This document shows, in pieces, positions 15,676-26,430 of a DNA stretch of 50,303 bases. Numbering within the stretch: the stretch's first letter is position 1; each line of letters begins with the position of its first letter. The stretch comes from a virus. The position numbers were made by a program, and so were the translations under genes. The stretch lies in the IMG/VR virus record IMGVR_UViG_3300049182_000030, positions 1 to 50,303 of that record, one strand, 5' to 3'. Below the pieces are notes generated by a model, which ran no database searches, had not been told where the DNA came from, and saw only the letters and a list, made by a program, of their open reading frames with translations.

Positions 15676-18600
15676 TTGGCTGAAGAGCTGGGCATTAGCG
15701 TTGAGTTTTCTGCCGACTACGCCGACATTTTGCGCGGCCTTGATCGGCTCATTGACAGGACAAATGACACCGCGAAGGCGCTTGAGGGTGCCGGTGTTAA
15801 TGTCGATAAACTTGACAGGCAACTTAATACCGCCCGCAAAACCCTCGTTGATAACGCTCGCGGCCAGCAGGAGCTTGGGGATTCCAGCAGGAAGACCAAT
15901 TCTGCCCTTCAGGAGCAGATCGACCGCATCCGGCAACTTAACCGTGAAACGCGGGCGCTTTCCGATGCGCGTAAGCAGTTGCGGTCAAACCTTGGCACCA
16001 ACCTTTCGTTCATCCCCGCAAACACCGCTGGTCCTAGGGTCGGCTCCTCCTTCGGCAACATCGTTGACCAGGACGACAAGCGCGCTCAGCAGGCATCACG
16101 CTCGTACCTGAACCTGTCTACCGCCATCGACCAGACGATTGAGTCGAAAGAGCGTGAGGCCAAGGTTTTCGGCGCGGAGAGCCGTGCCCGTTGGCAACAG
16201 TTGGTCACGGATCAGAAAGCCGCAGAAAAGGGCACCAGAGACTTCGAGGCCGCTCAGCGAGCCCAGGAATCCGCCCTCATTCGCACGCGGTATGCCCTGT
16301 ACGACGTTGCCGCGTCCTACGCCGCAATCTCCGCCGCAACCCTGGGTGCCGTTACCGCGACGGGCGTCCTGTCCGCCAAGTACGAGTCCGCGTTCACGGA
16401 GATTGAGCGCACCACGCTGGACAGTGCGGGCAATATCTCCGGCAACATCGACATGCTGCGTGAAGACTTCCTCGACCTGTCCGAAGTCATCCCCCTGTCT
16501 TTCCAGGAACTCACCAAGATCGGCTCCCTCGGTGCGCAGTTGGGCATTGCCGAGAAGGACTTGGTTGCGTTCACGGAGACGGTTGCAGAGTTCTCTCGCC
16601 TGTCGGGCGTTTCCGCCGAGGAGTCGGCCCTCGCCTTCGGTCGAATCGGCGAGCTGTTGGATGTTCCCGCAACGGAGTATCGCAACCTGGGCTCCGCCAT
16701 TGCCTACGTAGCAACCGAGTCCGCCGCAACGGACGCGCAGATCATCTCACTCACCAAGGAACTCGCCGCAAGCGCGGGTGCTGCCGGTTTCAGTGCTTCT
16801 GAGGTTGTCGGTCTGGGTGGTGCGCTGGCATCTCTTGGCGTGGCTCCTGAGCGTGCCCGTGGTGCGCTGTCAACCTATTTCGGCACCCTCAATCAGGCCG
16901 TTGCAGAGGGTGGGGAGAAGCTTGAGAACTTCGCCGTCATCACCGGCTTGACCGCCGACAGCCTTCGTCAAATGGTCAAGGAGGGACGCGGTGCAGAAGT
17001 TCTAGAGCGCTTTGCGCAGGGCCTCAATAGTTTGGACACTGTTCAGGTGACCACAGCCCTTGATGCGCTCGGGCTTTCCCAGTTGCGCGTGGAGGACACC
17101 TTCCGCCGACTGGGTCAAAATGTGGGCTTTGTGCGTGAACAGTTGGGCAATGCCGAGCGAGCCTTCGAAAGCGGAACGTTCCTCGGTGACGCATTCTCGG
17201 TTGTGCTTGACGACGTTGCCTCTCAGTTCCAACTGGTGCTTAACAGCGCGCTCCGATTCGTGAATGCTGCGGGCCTTCCGATGCTGGAAGTTTTGCGTCA
17301 GTTACTTCCCGTCGTTGCCGCAGTCGCCTCTGGCATGGCGGACTTTGCTGAGAGCGCCGCTGGTCAGGACTTCCTGCGATTCGCGGGCTACATAGCGGTT
17401 GCAGTAGGCGTCCTCACCGGCCTGCGCTCGGTCCTATCTCTAGCCACGGCATCGATCTTTGCGCTCCGAACCGCCACTGGACTCCTTGGCGGGACCGGCG
17501 TCGTGACTCTTTTGCGAAACATGGTTGCCGGTCTTGCTGGAGTTGGCCCCGCCGCATCAAAGGGGGCCGCTGGTGTAAGCCTGCTGACTGGGGCAATCCG
17601 TAGTCTGTTCCGGGCCACTATTATTCTTGGCGCAATCGCCATCGCCTTCGATTTAATCACCAATGAGGGCAAGGACACCAAGGCCTCCGTTGATAACATT
17701 GGCCTCGCGTTGCGCGAACTCTCCCGCGACACCTTGCGATTCGAGGAGAACTGGCAGGCGGCCTGGGCAAACAACGCTGAAGCCATCCGCTCCACCTACC
17801 CGGCGCTGGGTGGCCTTATCGACTTGCTCGACCAGGCCTTCAAGTTCGCGGCGCGGGTCACAGAGAACCTTGTTGCCGGACAGCAAGCGGCCCTGGACAC
17901 CCTGGGGGTTGCTAGTGGCCGTCGCTCTGGCGGGGGTAGTTTTGCGCGTGAGGAGTTCGATTTTGGCGAATCGGACAACTACTACGAGAATATGGCTCAG
18001 GACTTCATCACTAGCGCCTATGCCGCCCAGGTATTTGGCGGAGCGGTGGATGATGCGGCTGGCGGCCTTGGTGGGATGGGCGACGCGGCAAGGGAGGCGG
18101 CAGAAGAGGTCCGGACGCTCCTGGATTATGGCTCCGACCTTGCTAGCGTCTTTGGCCGAGCATTCGACTTGCGATTCGGCACCCAACTCGCCGTTGACGG
18201 TATTGCCGACCAGTGGGACAACCTCGCTGATCGTATTCGTCAGGCACGTCTTGAAATCCAGGGATTGACCGCAGAGCGCGACGTGAAAGAATACTTTCTG
18301 TCTGTGGCGAACGCCTACGGGGACGAGCTTCGCGCAGGCAAGTTGCGTGCCGAGATTTCCGAAATCAACGAGAAGATCGCCGACACCCAGGCGGACGCCT
18401 CGACGGAACTTGAGGGTAACAGCAAGGCCGCACGCAACAATCGCAAGGTGCTGTCCGACCTGGCGAAGGGCTACGAGGATTACATTGTCCAACTTGCCGA
18501 GTCGGGAGCGGATCAGGCCACACTGAACGCCGCCGTTGACCGTAGCGAGCAGGAGTTCCAGGCTCAGGCCAGGGCTCTGGGCTTTAGTAATGCGCAGCTG

Positions 18601-19305
18601 CAGCCGTACATCGGCTCTTTCCGTGGACTGAAGACCGTCATCGATGCCGTCCCCCGGAATATTACTATCGCACTAAGCGCAGACCCGGCAATTCAGGCCA
18701 TCCGAGAGTTCTCGGAGCGCGCCAGGATCGCCGCAGAATCCGTTGCGGCGTTGCGGTCGGCGTCAAGCAGCCCCATCAGGCTGGGAACGGCAAGCGACAC
18801 TTCGGGCATTCTCAAGCAGATTAACGCCGAGATTGCACTTCGGGAGGGCCGTAGGGATGCCGCCAGGGCGGAGCGACTTTTTGCGGCCGCGAACGAACAG
18901 CAGCAGGCCATTTACGCGCTCCAGAACGCGCGAAATAGAGTTCTCGCTGGTTATGCCTCCGGTGGTTACACTGGTGCCGGAGGAAAGTATGAGCCTGCCG
19001 GTATTGTCCACAAGGGCGAATACGTCGTGCCGAAGTCGCAGGTTAATCAGCGCACCGGGTTGCCGTATGCTAATGCGCTCGGAAACCTCCAGCCTGGCGT
19101 GCGTTCGACCAATGCGGGTTATGCTTCTGGTGGCATGGTCGGTGGTAGTATGGGCATTATGGAATTGGGGCCTAAGTCTTTGAATGTTTTGCGTGAGGCG
19201 ATTAGGCAGGAAGTGGTCGTGGCTGTGGATTCGCGTGAGATTGCGCGTGCGTCGGCTCGTGGGAGCGCGCAGATTACTCGTGAAGGTGGTCGCCTGAATG
19301 GCTAA
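15676..19305 (+). CDS. Tape measure protein (1209 aa)
   Basis: Largest gene. Ala/Gly-rich with a hydrophobic central block. C-terminal GYASGGYTGAGGKYEPAGIVHKGEYVVP motif. Confidence 0.93.
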   Translation: MAEELGISVEFSADYADILRGLDRLIDRTNDTAKALEGAGVNVDKLDRQLNTARKTLVDNARGQQELGDSSRKTNSALQEQIDRIRQLNRETRALSDARKQLRSNLGTNLSFIPANTAGPRVGSSFGNIVDQDDKRAQQASRSYLNLSTAIDQTIESKEREAKVFGAESRARWQQLVTDQKAAEKGTRDFEAAQRAQESALIRTRYALYDVAASYAAISAATLGAVTATGVLSAKYESAFTEIERTTLDSAGNISGNIDMLREDFLDLSEVIPLSFQELTKIGSLGAQLGIAEKDLVAFTETVAEFSRLSGVSAEESALAFGRIGELLDVPATEYRNLGSAIAYVATESAATDAQIISLTKELAASAGAAGFSASEVVGLGGALASLGVAPERARGALSTYFGTLNQAVAEGGEKLENFAVITGLTADSLRQMVKEGRGAEVLERFAQGLNSLDTVQVTTALDALGLSQLRVEDTFRRLGQNVGFVREQLGNAERAFESGTFLGDAFSVVLDDVASQFQLVLNSALRFVNAAGLPMLEVLRQLLPVVAAVASGMADFAESAAGQDFLRFAGYIAVAVGVLTGLRSVLSLATASIFALRTATGLLGGTGVVTLLRNMVAGLAGVGPAASKGAAGVSLLTGAIRSLFRATIILGAIAIAFDLITNEGKDTKASVDNIGLALRELSRDTLRFEENWQAAWANNAEAIRSTYPALGGLIDLLDQAFKFAARVTENLVAGQQAALDTLGVASGRRSGGGSFAREEFDFGESDNYYENMAQDFITSAYAAQVFGGAVDDAAGGLGGMGDAAREAAEEVRTLLDYGSDLASVFGRAFDLRFGTQLAVDGIADQWDNLADRIRQARLEIQGLTAERDVKEYFLSVANAYGDELRAGKLRAEISEINEKIADTQADASTELEGNSKAARNNRKVLSDLAKGYEDYIVQLAESGADQATLNAAVDRSEQEFQAQARALGFSNAQLQPYIGSFRGLKTVIDAVPRNITIALSADPAIQAIREFSERARIAAESVAALRSASSSPIRLGTASDTSGILKQINAEIALREGRRDAARAERLFAAANEQQQAIYALQNARNRVLAGYASGGYTGAGGKYEPAGIVHKGEYVVPKSQVNQRTGLPYANALGNLQPGVRSTNAGYASGGMVGGSMGIMELGPKSLNVLREAIRQEVVVAVDSREIARASARGSAQITREGGRLNG

Positions 19306-22051
19306 GCAGCTCTGGTTCGGGCACCCGACCGGCCACATGCAGTGGGTTCCGGCTCCGCTTATTGGCGCGGAGTCGCGCAAGGTTCGCCACGTTGAAACCG
19401 TTGAGTATCAGAATGGCGGGCGTAACGTCTACAAGTCGAAGCCGTATCATTTGGAGTACGATTTCGAGTTCAATGCCCCGCTTCAGGGGGGCGAGAACCT
19501 AGGCGTGTTTTCCAAGTTCGCTTCGGGCTTTTACGGTGATGGGCTGTGCATCTTTGCAGACCCGTACCACTTTGCAACCAACCTCCTGAGCGCAGTGTGG
19601 GCAACTCCGGCGCTGATTGAGCAGGGCTGGAAGGGCATCTACACTGGCGATCCGACCTTTGGGAACCTGCTGGGGCCGCTTTACACGAACCTCGCCACCA
19701 ACCCTTCTTTTGAAACCGCCCAGAGTGGCGCCACCGAGGTGCGTCGGAATTTGGCGTCCCACCCTGCCGGAACGCAGACAACTGTTGCTGCGAACCTTCT
19801 GGGTGTACGGTGGCGTTCCTTTGGTAGCGGCGGTGCGGGCACCACGACTGCGGTTACTGGTGCTTCGGATGGCCCCATTGGATTGACAACGTATGTCAGA
19901 AGCACGTTCACGACTCCGCCGACGAGCATGGCCGAAGTGGGCTTTACCCACACGAACGCCGCCCCGTCAACCTCTGGCACCGTTACCACTGCGGATTATC
20001 CAGTGGTTCCGGGTCAGATTTACACCTGGTCAACCTATGTTCGCAAAAGCGGCAACGGCGCTTACAACATGCGCGTGTGGCTGTACTACAGGAACTCGGC
20101 TGGGGCTTTTGTCAGTTCCGCCTCAAACGCATCGGCAACTACTCTTGCCGTAGGCGAGTGGACGCGCCTCTCTTTCACGCACGAGGTTCCCGCAACGGCT
20201 GCATACGTGGGCGTTTCTGCTCACGCCGATTCCAACGCGACTGTTCCGGCTATTGGTGACACCTTTGATGCCACGGGATTCCTTGCTGAGCTTTCCCAAA
20301 CGCTGCGCAGTTACTTTGATGGCGCAACTACTGACGCCCTGGGTGTTGACTATGCCTGGACTGGTGCCGCCAACTCGTCGCCGTCTACTGCATCCTCCTC
20401 GGTTGTCACCGTGCGCACGAACCTTGCGACGAATCCGCAGGTTACTACCACAACGGGGTGGGGTGTCGGCTTTGCCGGAACGGGTGGCACGGCTGCATCT
20501 GCTCAGGTGGACGCCAACCCTATTCCGCAGATCGCCAAAGCCGTTCGGGCGACGTGGAGCGTTTCTCCCTCGACCAACGTGGTCTACACGCAGTACGGTC
20601 GCTCATCTGCCGATGATATTCCAGTTACGGCTGGGCAGCAGGTGACGTTTAGCACCTATGGTCGCGCGTCATGGAGCGGGGCGACGGCTGCAATAAATGT
20701 TGTTTTCTGGACGGCGGCGGGCGCGTTCGTTAGTGAAACTAATCTTCAGAACTCCGGTTCCCTCGCGGCAAATACTTGGGTGCGCAGATCGTTTACGGCG
20801 ACGGTTCCGGCAACAGCCACGCGGGCAACCATTCGTTTCGTTTCTAGCGGCACGGTTCCTCCCGTTGGCGGCTGGCTTGAGCAGACCGGCGCGCTTGCGG
20901 AAGTCTCCTCGGCCCTGAGCGCTTACTTTGATGGTGGCTTCTCGTCCAATGGTGACTTCCATTACCGCTGGTCGGGGTCCGCTGGGGCATCCACCAGCAT
21001 CGAGCGGGGGGTTCTGGCAAACGGATCGGCCTCTGTCGGGGGAACCTCCCTTTCGGTTTCGTATCTATCGAGAGAGTGGGCCTCTAGTGGCGCTCGTTCG
21101 CTTAGAATAACGCCAAAATCCGGCAACCAAGGTAGGGCAATCGTGGCGACAATAAGTTCCACGCCCAATGTGCCCTATACGGTTATGGCTAAAATTAGAC
21201 TTTCATCACCGCTCGGCGGATCGCTAGCTTCCAGTTCCAGAACGATTCAAACTTTCCAATCAAGCGGCTCAATTGTGGCAAATTCGCAACCAGCACCTAA
21301 CGTGGCCGGGGTGCACAATCTTGCGCTAACCTTCACGCCCGTTAGCAACTCGTTCGAGGTTAGACTGTGGAACGGGGCCGAACCGGGCCAGGGCGATGTT
21401 TGGTGGGATGACCTTATCGTGCTTTCTGGCACTTATACCGGCTCGTATTTCGACGGCGACACTATCGACACGTCACAGGTTGTCTACTCGTGGACGGGCA
21501 CCGCAAACGCATCCACCTCGACCGCACAGTACCAGTACAGCATGACGGGCCAGCCTAGCCGAACCGCAACCTACTCGATCACCACTGCGGCCAACACGCC
21601 CTCAACCGGGGCCAATCACAAGTTCACCGTGCCGATCCCCCCGACCCACACGCTCTGGCTGGGCGCTTCGGGCACTCGGACGGGAACTGCCGTGGTGCAG
21701 GTGCGACCGATCTTCCCGAATGGTACCTACGGGCCGAGGAGTAACCTTACGCTGCTATCGCCCACGGGTTCCACGCGGCTCAACGCATCGTTCTCCGGGG
21801 TGACCTACCAGGCGGTTGAGGTGTACCTGACTCGCACGGACGGTTCGGCGTCTACGATTACGCTTTCATCCATCATGGCACAGTTGTGGAGAACGGGCAT
21901 CACGCCAACACTCACGGGTGACCACATTCCGGGCGAGGGGCACACGGGGCTGGAGTTCGCGGATGACGCAAACGCCGAAACTTACGTGTACATTGACCCG
22001 CCCCGCAAGGCGCTGGCGACGACGCTGGTGGAGGTGGGCGCATGGCGCTAA
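19298..22051 (+). CDS. Minor tail protein: distal-tail N-terminus plus three carbohydrate-binding-like repeat modules (917 aa)
   Basis: Lies directly after the tape measure. Recurring Y-F-D-G...Y-x-W-x-G-x-A-x-x-S-x-S motifs. Confidence 0.8.
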   Translation: MAKQLWFGHPTGHMQWVPAPLIGAESRKVRHVETVEYQNGGRNVYKSKPYHLEYDFEFNAPLQGGENLGVFSKFASGFYGDGLCIFADPYHFATNLLSAVWATPALIEQGWKGIYTGDPTFGNLLGPLYTNLATNPSFETAQSGATEVRRNLASHPAGTQTTVAANLLGVRWRSFGSGGAGTTTAVTGASDGPIGLTTYVRSTFTTPPTSMAEVGFTHTNAAPSTSGTVTTADYPVVPGQIYTWSTYVRKSGNGAYNMRVWLYYRNSAGAFVSSASNASATTLAVGEWTRLSFTHEVPATAAYVGVSAHADSNATVPAIGDTFDATGFLAELSQTLRSYFDGATTDALGVDYAWTGAANSSPSTASSSVVTVRTNLATNPQVTTTTGWGVGFAGTGGTAASAQVDANPIPQIAKAVRATWSVSPSTNVVYTQYGRSSADDIPVTAGQQVTFSTYGRASWSGATAAINVVFWTAAGAFVSETNLQNSGSLAANTWVRRSFTATVPATATRATIRFVSSGTVPPVGGWLEQTGALAEVSSALSAYFDGGFSSNGDFHYRWSGSAGASTSIERGVLANGSASVGGTSLSVSYLSREWASSGARSLRITPKSGNQGRAIVATISSTPNVPYTVMAKIRLSSPLGGSLASSSRTIQTFQSSGSIVANSQPAPNVAGVHNLALTFTPVSNSFEVRLWNGAEPGQGDVWWDDLIVLSGTYTGSYFDGDTIDTSQVVYSWTGTANASTSTAQYQYSMTGQPSRTATYSITTAANTPSTGANHKFTVPIPPTHTLWLGASGTRTGTAVVQVRPIFPNGTYGPRSNLTLLSPTGSTRLNASFSGVTYQAVEVYLTRTDGSASTITLSSIMAQLWRTGITPTLTGDHIPGEGHTGLEFADDANAETYVYIDPPRKALATTLVEVGAWR

Positions 22052-24276
22052 GGGCCACCATTAACGGCGACCCGTATGACAACCTCTCGGGCTGGTCGAT
22101 CAGTGAGTACGCAACCCCCGTGTCCCCCGCCGAGCGCTCGGGTGGCACTGGCGGGGCGTCGATGGGGCTTGCCAGGTCGGATGGCTCGATTTTCCTTAGT
22201 GACAAATCTTCGGTTATTGACCATGACGTTCTCGGTGATTTTGCTGGAACAATCCGCAGTGTGACTGAGGGAAATCTGGCCTGCTCGGTTTCGCAGGACA
22301 CGCTGCTGGCGAAGTATGATGCCCAGCGGGTAATCCCTGGAATGGAAAGCGGATCGGTTGTTGGTGCGCTTGATCTGGTCAACCAACTTATCGACACCAT
22401 TCGCCTTGATGGCGGCAGTGGGGCTTTTCACTCCCTGGCGGGTCACACGCGCGGGTTCGATAATGCGGGGCAGATGATTGACCAGGTGGAAACCTCCACG
22501 ACGTACCAGGTCTACAATCAGACCCTTGCCACGACCATTACCAACACTGCCGCGCTGTACCAGAACTCGGTCTACGCGGATGCGTATGTTGGTTTGGGTT
22601 CTAGCGTCTACGCTAGCGGGGTCGAGGGCTCGTCCTTCCAGTGGGCGCTTGCCGATCCTTCGCTTTTCCCGAACCGTGAATTCGGTGGGGTCATCCTGCC
22701 TACGCCGATTCTGATTACCGGAAACAGTTATACCAAGATGAGGCTCATGCTGAAGTCGCGCCTTAATGGTGGCAACTTCACCTGGGCTGTTGACGGGCTT
22801 CCGTTCGGTGGCGCTGACCAGGACTACGGCATGAGTCTGAGCGCCACGATCAACTATGCAACAGAAATCCTGACGCTTACCGCAAACTACCGATCCGGTG
22901 GCGTGCCCGGGACAATCACCACGAGCAACTTCAGCCTTGCCGCTCTTGATCTGGATTCGGAAATCTGCATTGCAATTGGCTTGCGCATGGAAGGTGCGGG
23001 GATGCCCTATGTGCACCGCCTTGCAACCTATGTGGTCAACACCTCAAACTACTCCGTCAATGCGGGCGGCTCGATTACCTTCACGCCCGACCTGCAATCA
23101 GTGTGGTTTGACCCCTGGACGATTCAGGGTAACGCGCGTAGCCTGTGGGCGCGGTACAACATCAGCGTCGAGTCCGGCGACCCCGACCCCTTCACCCCGG
23201 CGAGCCTCGCGGAATACGAGTTCCCGCAGGGCTTCACCGTCGATGGAACACCGTCGCCCGGTGAGCCGGTCATATCTCGGGACGTTAACTGTTGGGAGTA
23301 CCTTCAGGACGCATGTGCCGCCTACCGATGGGAGATTGCGTTCGATGGCTCTGGAGTTGTTGCGCGGCCCACAGGCGGGCGTGTCGTCTCCCTGGAGAAC
23401 TTTGCCCCCTCCCCGTCGCTGAGCTTGCAGAGTCTTGCCTCAGCTCGCAGCGTGGATGTGGTCAACCAGAATGCGGTTGCGGTTCGCGGCTCTGTGGTCT
23501 ATGAAGCAAGGGATGACGATAACCGGATCATCACGGTGAACGCTTCAGAGTCGGTGACCACAACGGTGCAGACGAACACGAGCCTGACCGCTGTGTGGCA
23601 ACCGCGTCGGACGACGACCTACACTCCCGGCACCGGGACATACGTTGTCATCGACTCCACCGGACTGCCCATCGTGGCAAGCCAGTGGGAGAACTACGGC
23701 GGCTCTCTGACGGTGGCGATTTCGGACGTGCCCGGAGCCATTGACGTGGTACTGAAGGGGCCAGACAGTGAGATTCCCTCCACGACCGCCCCGTACTCGG
23801 TCGCGCTTTCGGACGGTCAGAACCAGTATGCGACTCTGAGCATTATTGGTAGTGGCATCGAGTCTAATCCCGAGACCATCAATATCCTGACTGGCGCAAG
23901 CCCCGATAAGGTGACAAAAGAGGTCGGGCTGACCATTGACAGTCCCTTCCTCGGCTCTGCATCCAGGGCCTATGACGCGGCGGCATGGGCTATTGTTGAC
24001 ATTTCGGGGCCGCGAATTACGCTTTCTGTAACTCCGAGTTCGGACAGTTTTAGCGGGTTTGGACTGGCCCCAGGAAGCATCATTCAGTACCGGGACTCTG
24101 CCTATAGAGTGATTTCTGCAACCTGGAATCGTCTTTCGGTTACACTGGAATGTGTGAGGCACGTCACTGTGGGTGACTTCGACGCCGAGTGGTCGGGCGA
24201 AAACGTTGGCACTTTTGATGCCTTCTGGACCGATTACGTTAACGGGGATTTGAAAGTCTCCCCACTGAGGAGGTAA
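22042..24276 (+). CDS. Minor tail protein (744 aa), tail-tip or Tal-like by position
   Basis: ORF track. Overlaps the upstream stop. Synteny. Confidence 0.75.
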   Translation: MALRATINGDPYDNLSGWSISEYATPVSPAERSGGTGGASMGLARSDGSIFLSDKSSVIDHDVLGDFAGTIRSVTEGNLACSVSQDTLLAKYDAQRVIPGMESGSVVGALDLVNQLIDTIRLDGGSGAFHSLAGHTRGFDNAGQMIDQVETSTTYQVYNQTLATTITNTAALYQNSVYADAYVGLGSSVYASGVEGSSFQWALADPSLFPNREFGGVILPTPILITGNSYTKMRLMLKSRLNGGNFTWAVDGLPFGGADQDYGMSLSATINYATEILTLTANYRSGGVPGTITTSNFSLAALDLDSEICIAIGLRMEGAGMPYVHRLATYVVNTSNYSVNAGGSITFTPDLQSVWFDPWTIQGNARSLWARYNISVESGDPDPFTPASLAEYEFPQGFTVDGTPSPGEPVISRDVNCWEYLQDACAAYRWEIAFDGSGVVARPTGGRVVSLENFAPSPSLSLQSLASARSVDVVNQNAVAVRGSVVYEARDDDNRIITVNASESVTTTVQTNTSLTAVWQPRRTTTYTPGTGTYVVIDSTGLPIVASQWENYGGSLTVAISDVPGAIDVVLKGPDSEIPSTTAPYSVALSDGQNQYATLSIIGSGIESNPETINILTGASPDKVTKEVGLTIDSPFLGSASRAYDAAAWAIVDISGPRITLSVTPSSDSFSGFGLAPGSIIQYRDSAYRVISATWNRLSVTLECVRHVTVGDFDAEWSGENVGTFDAFWTDYVNGDLKVSPLRR

Positions 24277-24407
24277 TGATGGCGCTGAATAACATTGAGG
24301 CCGTTGGGGATGACCAGAAGTGGAAGGCGGAGGTCGAGCGTCAGTTGAAAAAGGCGCTTGATAGGATTGCAGTATTGGAGCGACAGTTGAATTCGAGGAG
24401 TAGTTAA
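24276..24407 (+). CDS. Small coiled-coil protein (43 aa, MMALNNIEAVGDDQKWKAEVERQLKKALDRIAVLERQL...)
   Basis: Hand-translated. TAATG overlaps at both ends. Confidence 0.5.
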   Translation: MMALNNIEAVGDDQKWKAEVERQLKKALDRIAVLERQLNSRSS

Positions 24408-25177
24408 TGCCCACCACATCCCCCGACAACATCTACTACCAGGACGACTCCACTCCAGTTTCCGCCGCCGACGAGAGCGCCATGCAGGCTTCATCGGTTC
24501 AGACGGCGCTTACTAGCTTGCGCGACACTGGTTACCGTTACGGGGGTGTGGTTAGGTTCACATCCTCGGGAACGTTCCTGAAAGCCAACTACCCCAACGC
24601 TCGCGCGATTCGCGTCATGGTACAGGCCGGTGGCGGTGCCGGTGGCGGCGGCGCAGCAACGACTGCAACCACCAACGTTGGCGCAGCGGGCGGCGGCGGC
24701 GGTGGAGCCTATTCCGAGTCCTTTATTCTGCGGGCCGACATTCCCGATAGTGTCGCGGTGACGGTGGGCGCGGGCGGTACTGGTATTTCCGGTAACGCCG
24801 GAAACGATGGAGCCAGTTCCAGCTTCGGCTCGCTGGTATCCGCCGTGGGCGGTAAGGGCGGGCGCATTCGTGCGGCGGCGGCAGGTTTCCGCGTTGCGGC
24901 GGGCGGCGCGGGTGGAGACACCGGGGTGGGCGATGTTGTCATTCCGGGCGGTGGTGGATCGTTCGGCGCGGGCGACCAGAGTGGCGATGCCGCTTCGGGT
25001 GGTGGCGGGTCGTCTCGGTTGGGCGCTGGTGCCGTTGGCGTGAACGCTCTTGATTCTGCAACTGCTGGCTTGAACTACGGCGGTGGCGGCGCGGGTAACT
25101 CAACCCAGCCTGGCGTAGCGGCAAAGACCGGCTATGCTGGCGCACCGGGCATTGTGATTGTGGAGTTGTTCTCCTAA
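24407..25177 (+). CDS. Glycine-rich minor tail or fibre protein (256 aa)
   Basis: Long GGxGG tracts (AGGGAGGGGAATTATTNVGAAGGGGGGAYSE...). Lies in the tail module. Confidence 0.7.
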   Translation: MPTTSPDNIYYQDDSTPVSAADESAMQASSVQTALTSLRDTGYRYGGVVRFTSSGTFLKANYPNARAIRVMVQAGGGAGGGGAATTATTNVGAAGGGGGGAYSESFILRADIPDSVAVTVGAGGTGISGNAGNDGASSSFGSLVSAVGGKGGRIRAAAAGFRVAAGGAGGDTGVGDVVIPGGGGSFGAGDQSGDAASGGGGSSRLGAGAVGVNALDSATAGLNYGGGGAGNSTQPGVAAKTGYAGAPGIVIVELFS

Positions 25178-25968
25178 TGCCAGCCACCAACCTGCCCAAG
25201 CCCGTCATCGGGCCGATTACGTCGCGCTACGGCCCTCGCTCACCCCTACCGTTCCACAATGGGCAGGACTACGGATGGCTCTACGCGGACCCCGAGGGCT
25301 CCCAGAAAATCTTTGCCCCAATTGGCGGCAAGGTTCTCACCGGCTATCACCCGGAGGTTGGCTACTTCTGCACCATTCCGCTGGGCGATGGATACTCGAC
25401 CCGCCTGTGCCATTTTGAGAGACTGAACGTTTACACTGGACAGGTGGTTACCAGGGGTCAGTACCTTGGCAAGATGGGCGCTAGTGGTACCGCAGCAACA
25501 GGCGTGCATCTGCATGTGGACATATTCACCCCGACCGGGGGGCGCGTAGACCCGGCTGGCTTTTACACGGATACTTTTGTTGGATCGCTTTCACCGGCTG
25601 GTGACGGCGGAACCCCGATTGGAAATGATATGCCCTTTGACGAAAATGATAAGCGATACATTGATGGAGCCGCGCTGGAGGTGATTAACCGCCTTGGTAT
25701 GCAGTTGACGCAGGTTCAGAAAGACCTTAAGGACTGGATTAGTGGCGAGCCGGGTCTGTACCCGAACCGGAATAACTCTTTTGTCGGAGTCAACCGAGTG
25801 CTTTCCCAGATTCTCAACAAGCCCGCCACGGATTTGACCGACGAGCAGATTCAGCAGATTGCGCAGGCCGTGGTTGCGGCGCTTCCGGCTAGCACGGTTT
25901 CCCTTTCGCCCGAGCAGATTTCGGAAATCGCCAGGGTCGTCAACGACGATCTAAAGAACCGACTGTAA
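25177..25968 (+). CDS. Peptidase M23 family peptidoglycan hydrolase: endolysin or tail lysin (263 aa)
   Basis: HxxxD (HNGQD) and HxH (HLHVD) zinc motifs. Last gene before the terminator and the membrane-protein cassette. Confidence 0.85.
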   Translation: MPATNLPKPVIGPITSRYGPRSPLPFHNGQDYGWLYADPEGSQKIFAPIGGKVLTGYHPEVGYFCTIPLGDGYSTRLCHFERLNVYTGQVVTRGQYLGKMGASGTAATGVHLHVDIFTPTGGRVDPAGFYTDTFVGSLSPAGDGGTPIGNDMPFDENDKRYIDGAALEVINRLGMQLTQVQKDLKDWISGEPGLYPNRNNSFVGVNRVLSQILNKPATDLTDEQIQQIAQAVVAALPASTVSLSPEQISEIARVVNDDLKNRL

Positions 25969-25981
25969 GCAAGCGTGACTA

Positions 25982-26014
25982 AGGCCCCTGGGGAGACCTG
26001 GGGGCCTTTGCTTC
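25982..26014 (+). terminator. Rho-independent terminator
   Basis: AGGCCCC...GGGGCCT stem followed by TTGCTTC. Confidence 0.65.
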
Positions 26015-26063
26015 GCCCGCGAGTGACGAATGTCCCCCAAAGTGCCGACAGGCAGGCTATACT

Positions 26064-26072
26064 TGATAGAAT
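26064..26072 (+). promoter_or_regulatory. Extended -10 promoter element TGATAGAAT
   Basis: TGA then TAGAAT at 26067..26072, in an AT-rich gap upstream of the membrane-protein cassette. Confidence 0.45.
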
Positions 26073-26109
26073 GGTAATTACAATGTTTACTCACCGTTTG
26101 GGCGATTAA

Positions 26110-26430
26110 GTGATTGAATTACCGGGCCTCTGGTCACTGACACCCATTGGTGCATTGCTAGGGGTAGTGGCAACCTTCTATTGGCTTGTGGTTAGCGGCA
26201 GACTTCTTCCGCGATCCACACACGAGGAATCTCTCGGGCAGGAACGTAAACGAGGGGATGAGTGGAAAGAAACCGCTCTGGAGTACCGCGAGGTGAACGC
26301 GGAAGTGCGACGACAAAACGGTCAGCTCTTGGAGGCGAACCGTGTCGTTGAGTCCTTCCTACGCGCTACCACGCCCCCCGGCACGCTACCGCCTGAGATG
26401 GAGCGGACAGGGCCGGGGCCGAATGGATGA
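26110..26430 (+). CDS. Membrane-anchored protein (106 aa, N-terminal TM), lysis-cassette candidate
   Basis: ORF track. N-terminal hydrophobic helix followed by a charged coiled region. Confidence 0.65.
   Translation: MIELPGLWSLTPIGALLGVVATFYWLVVSGRLLPRSTHEESLGQERKRGDEWKETALEYREVNAEVRRQNGQLLEANRVVESFLRATTPPGTLPPEMERTGPGPNG

Noticed and set aside
19298-25177. Diversity-generating retroelement targeting the repeat-containing tail fibre genes
   Set aside because: No reverse transcriptase gene and no template/variable repeat pair with adenine-specific differences was seen. The repeats are protein-level modules only.
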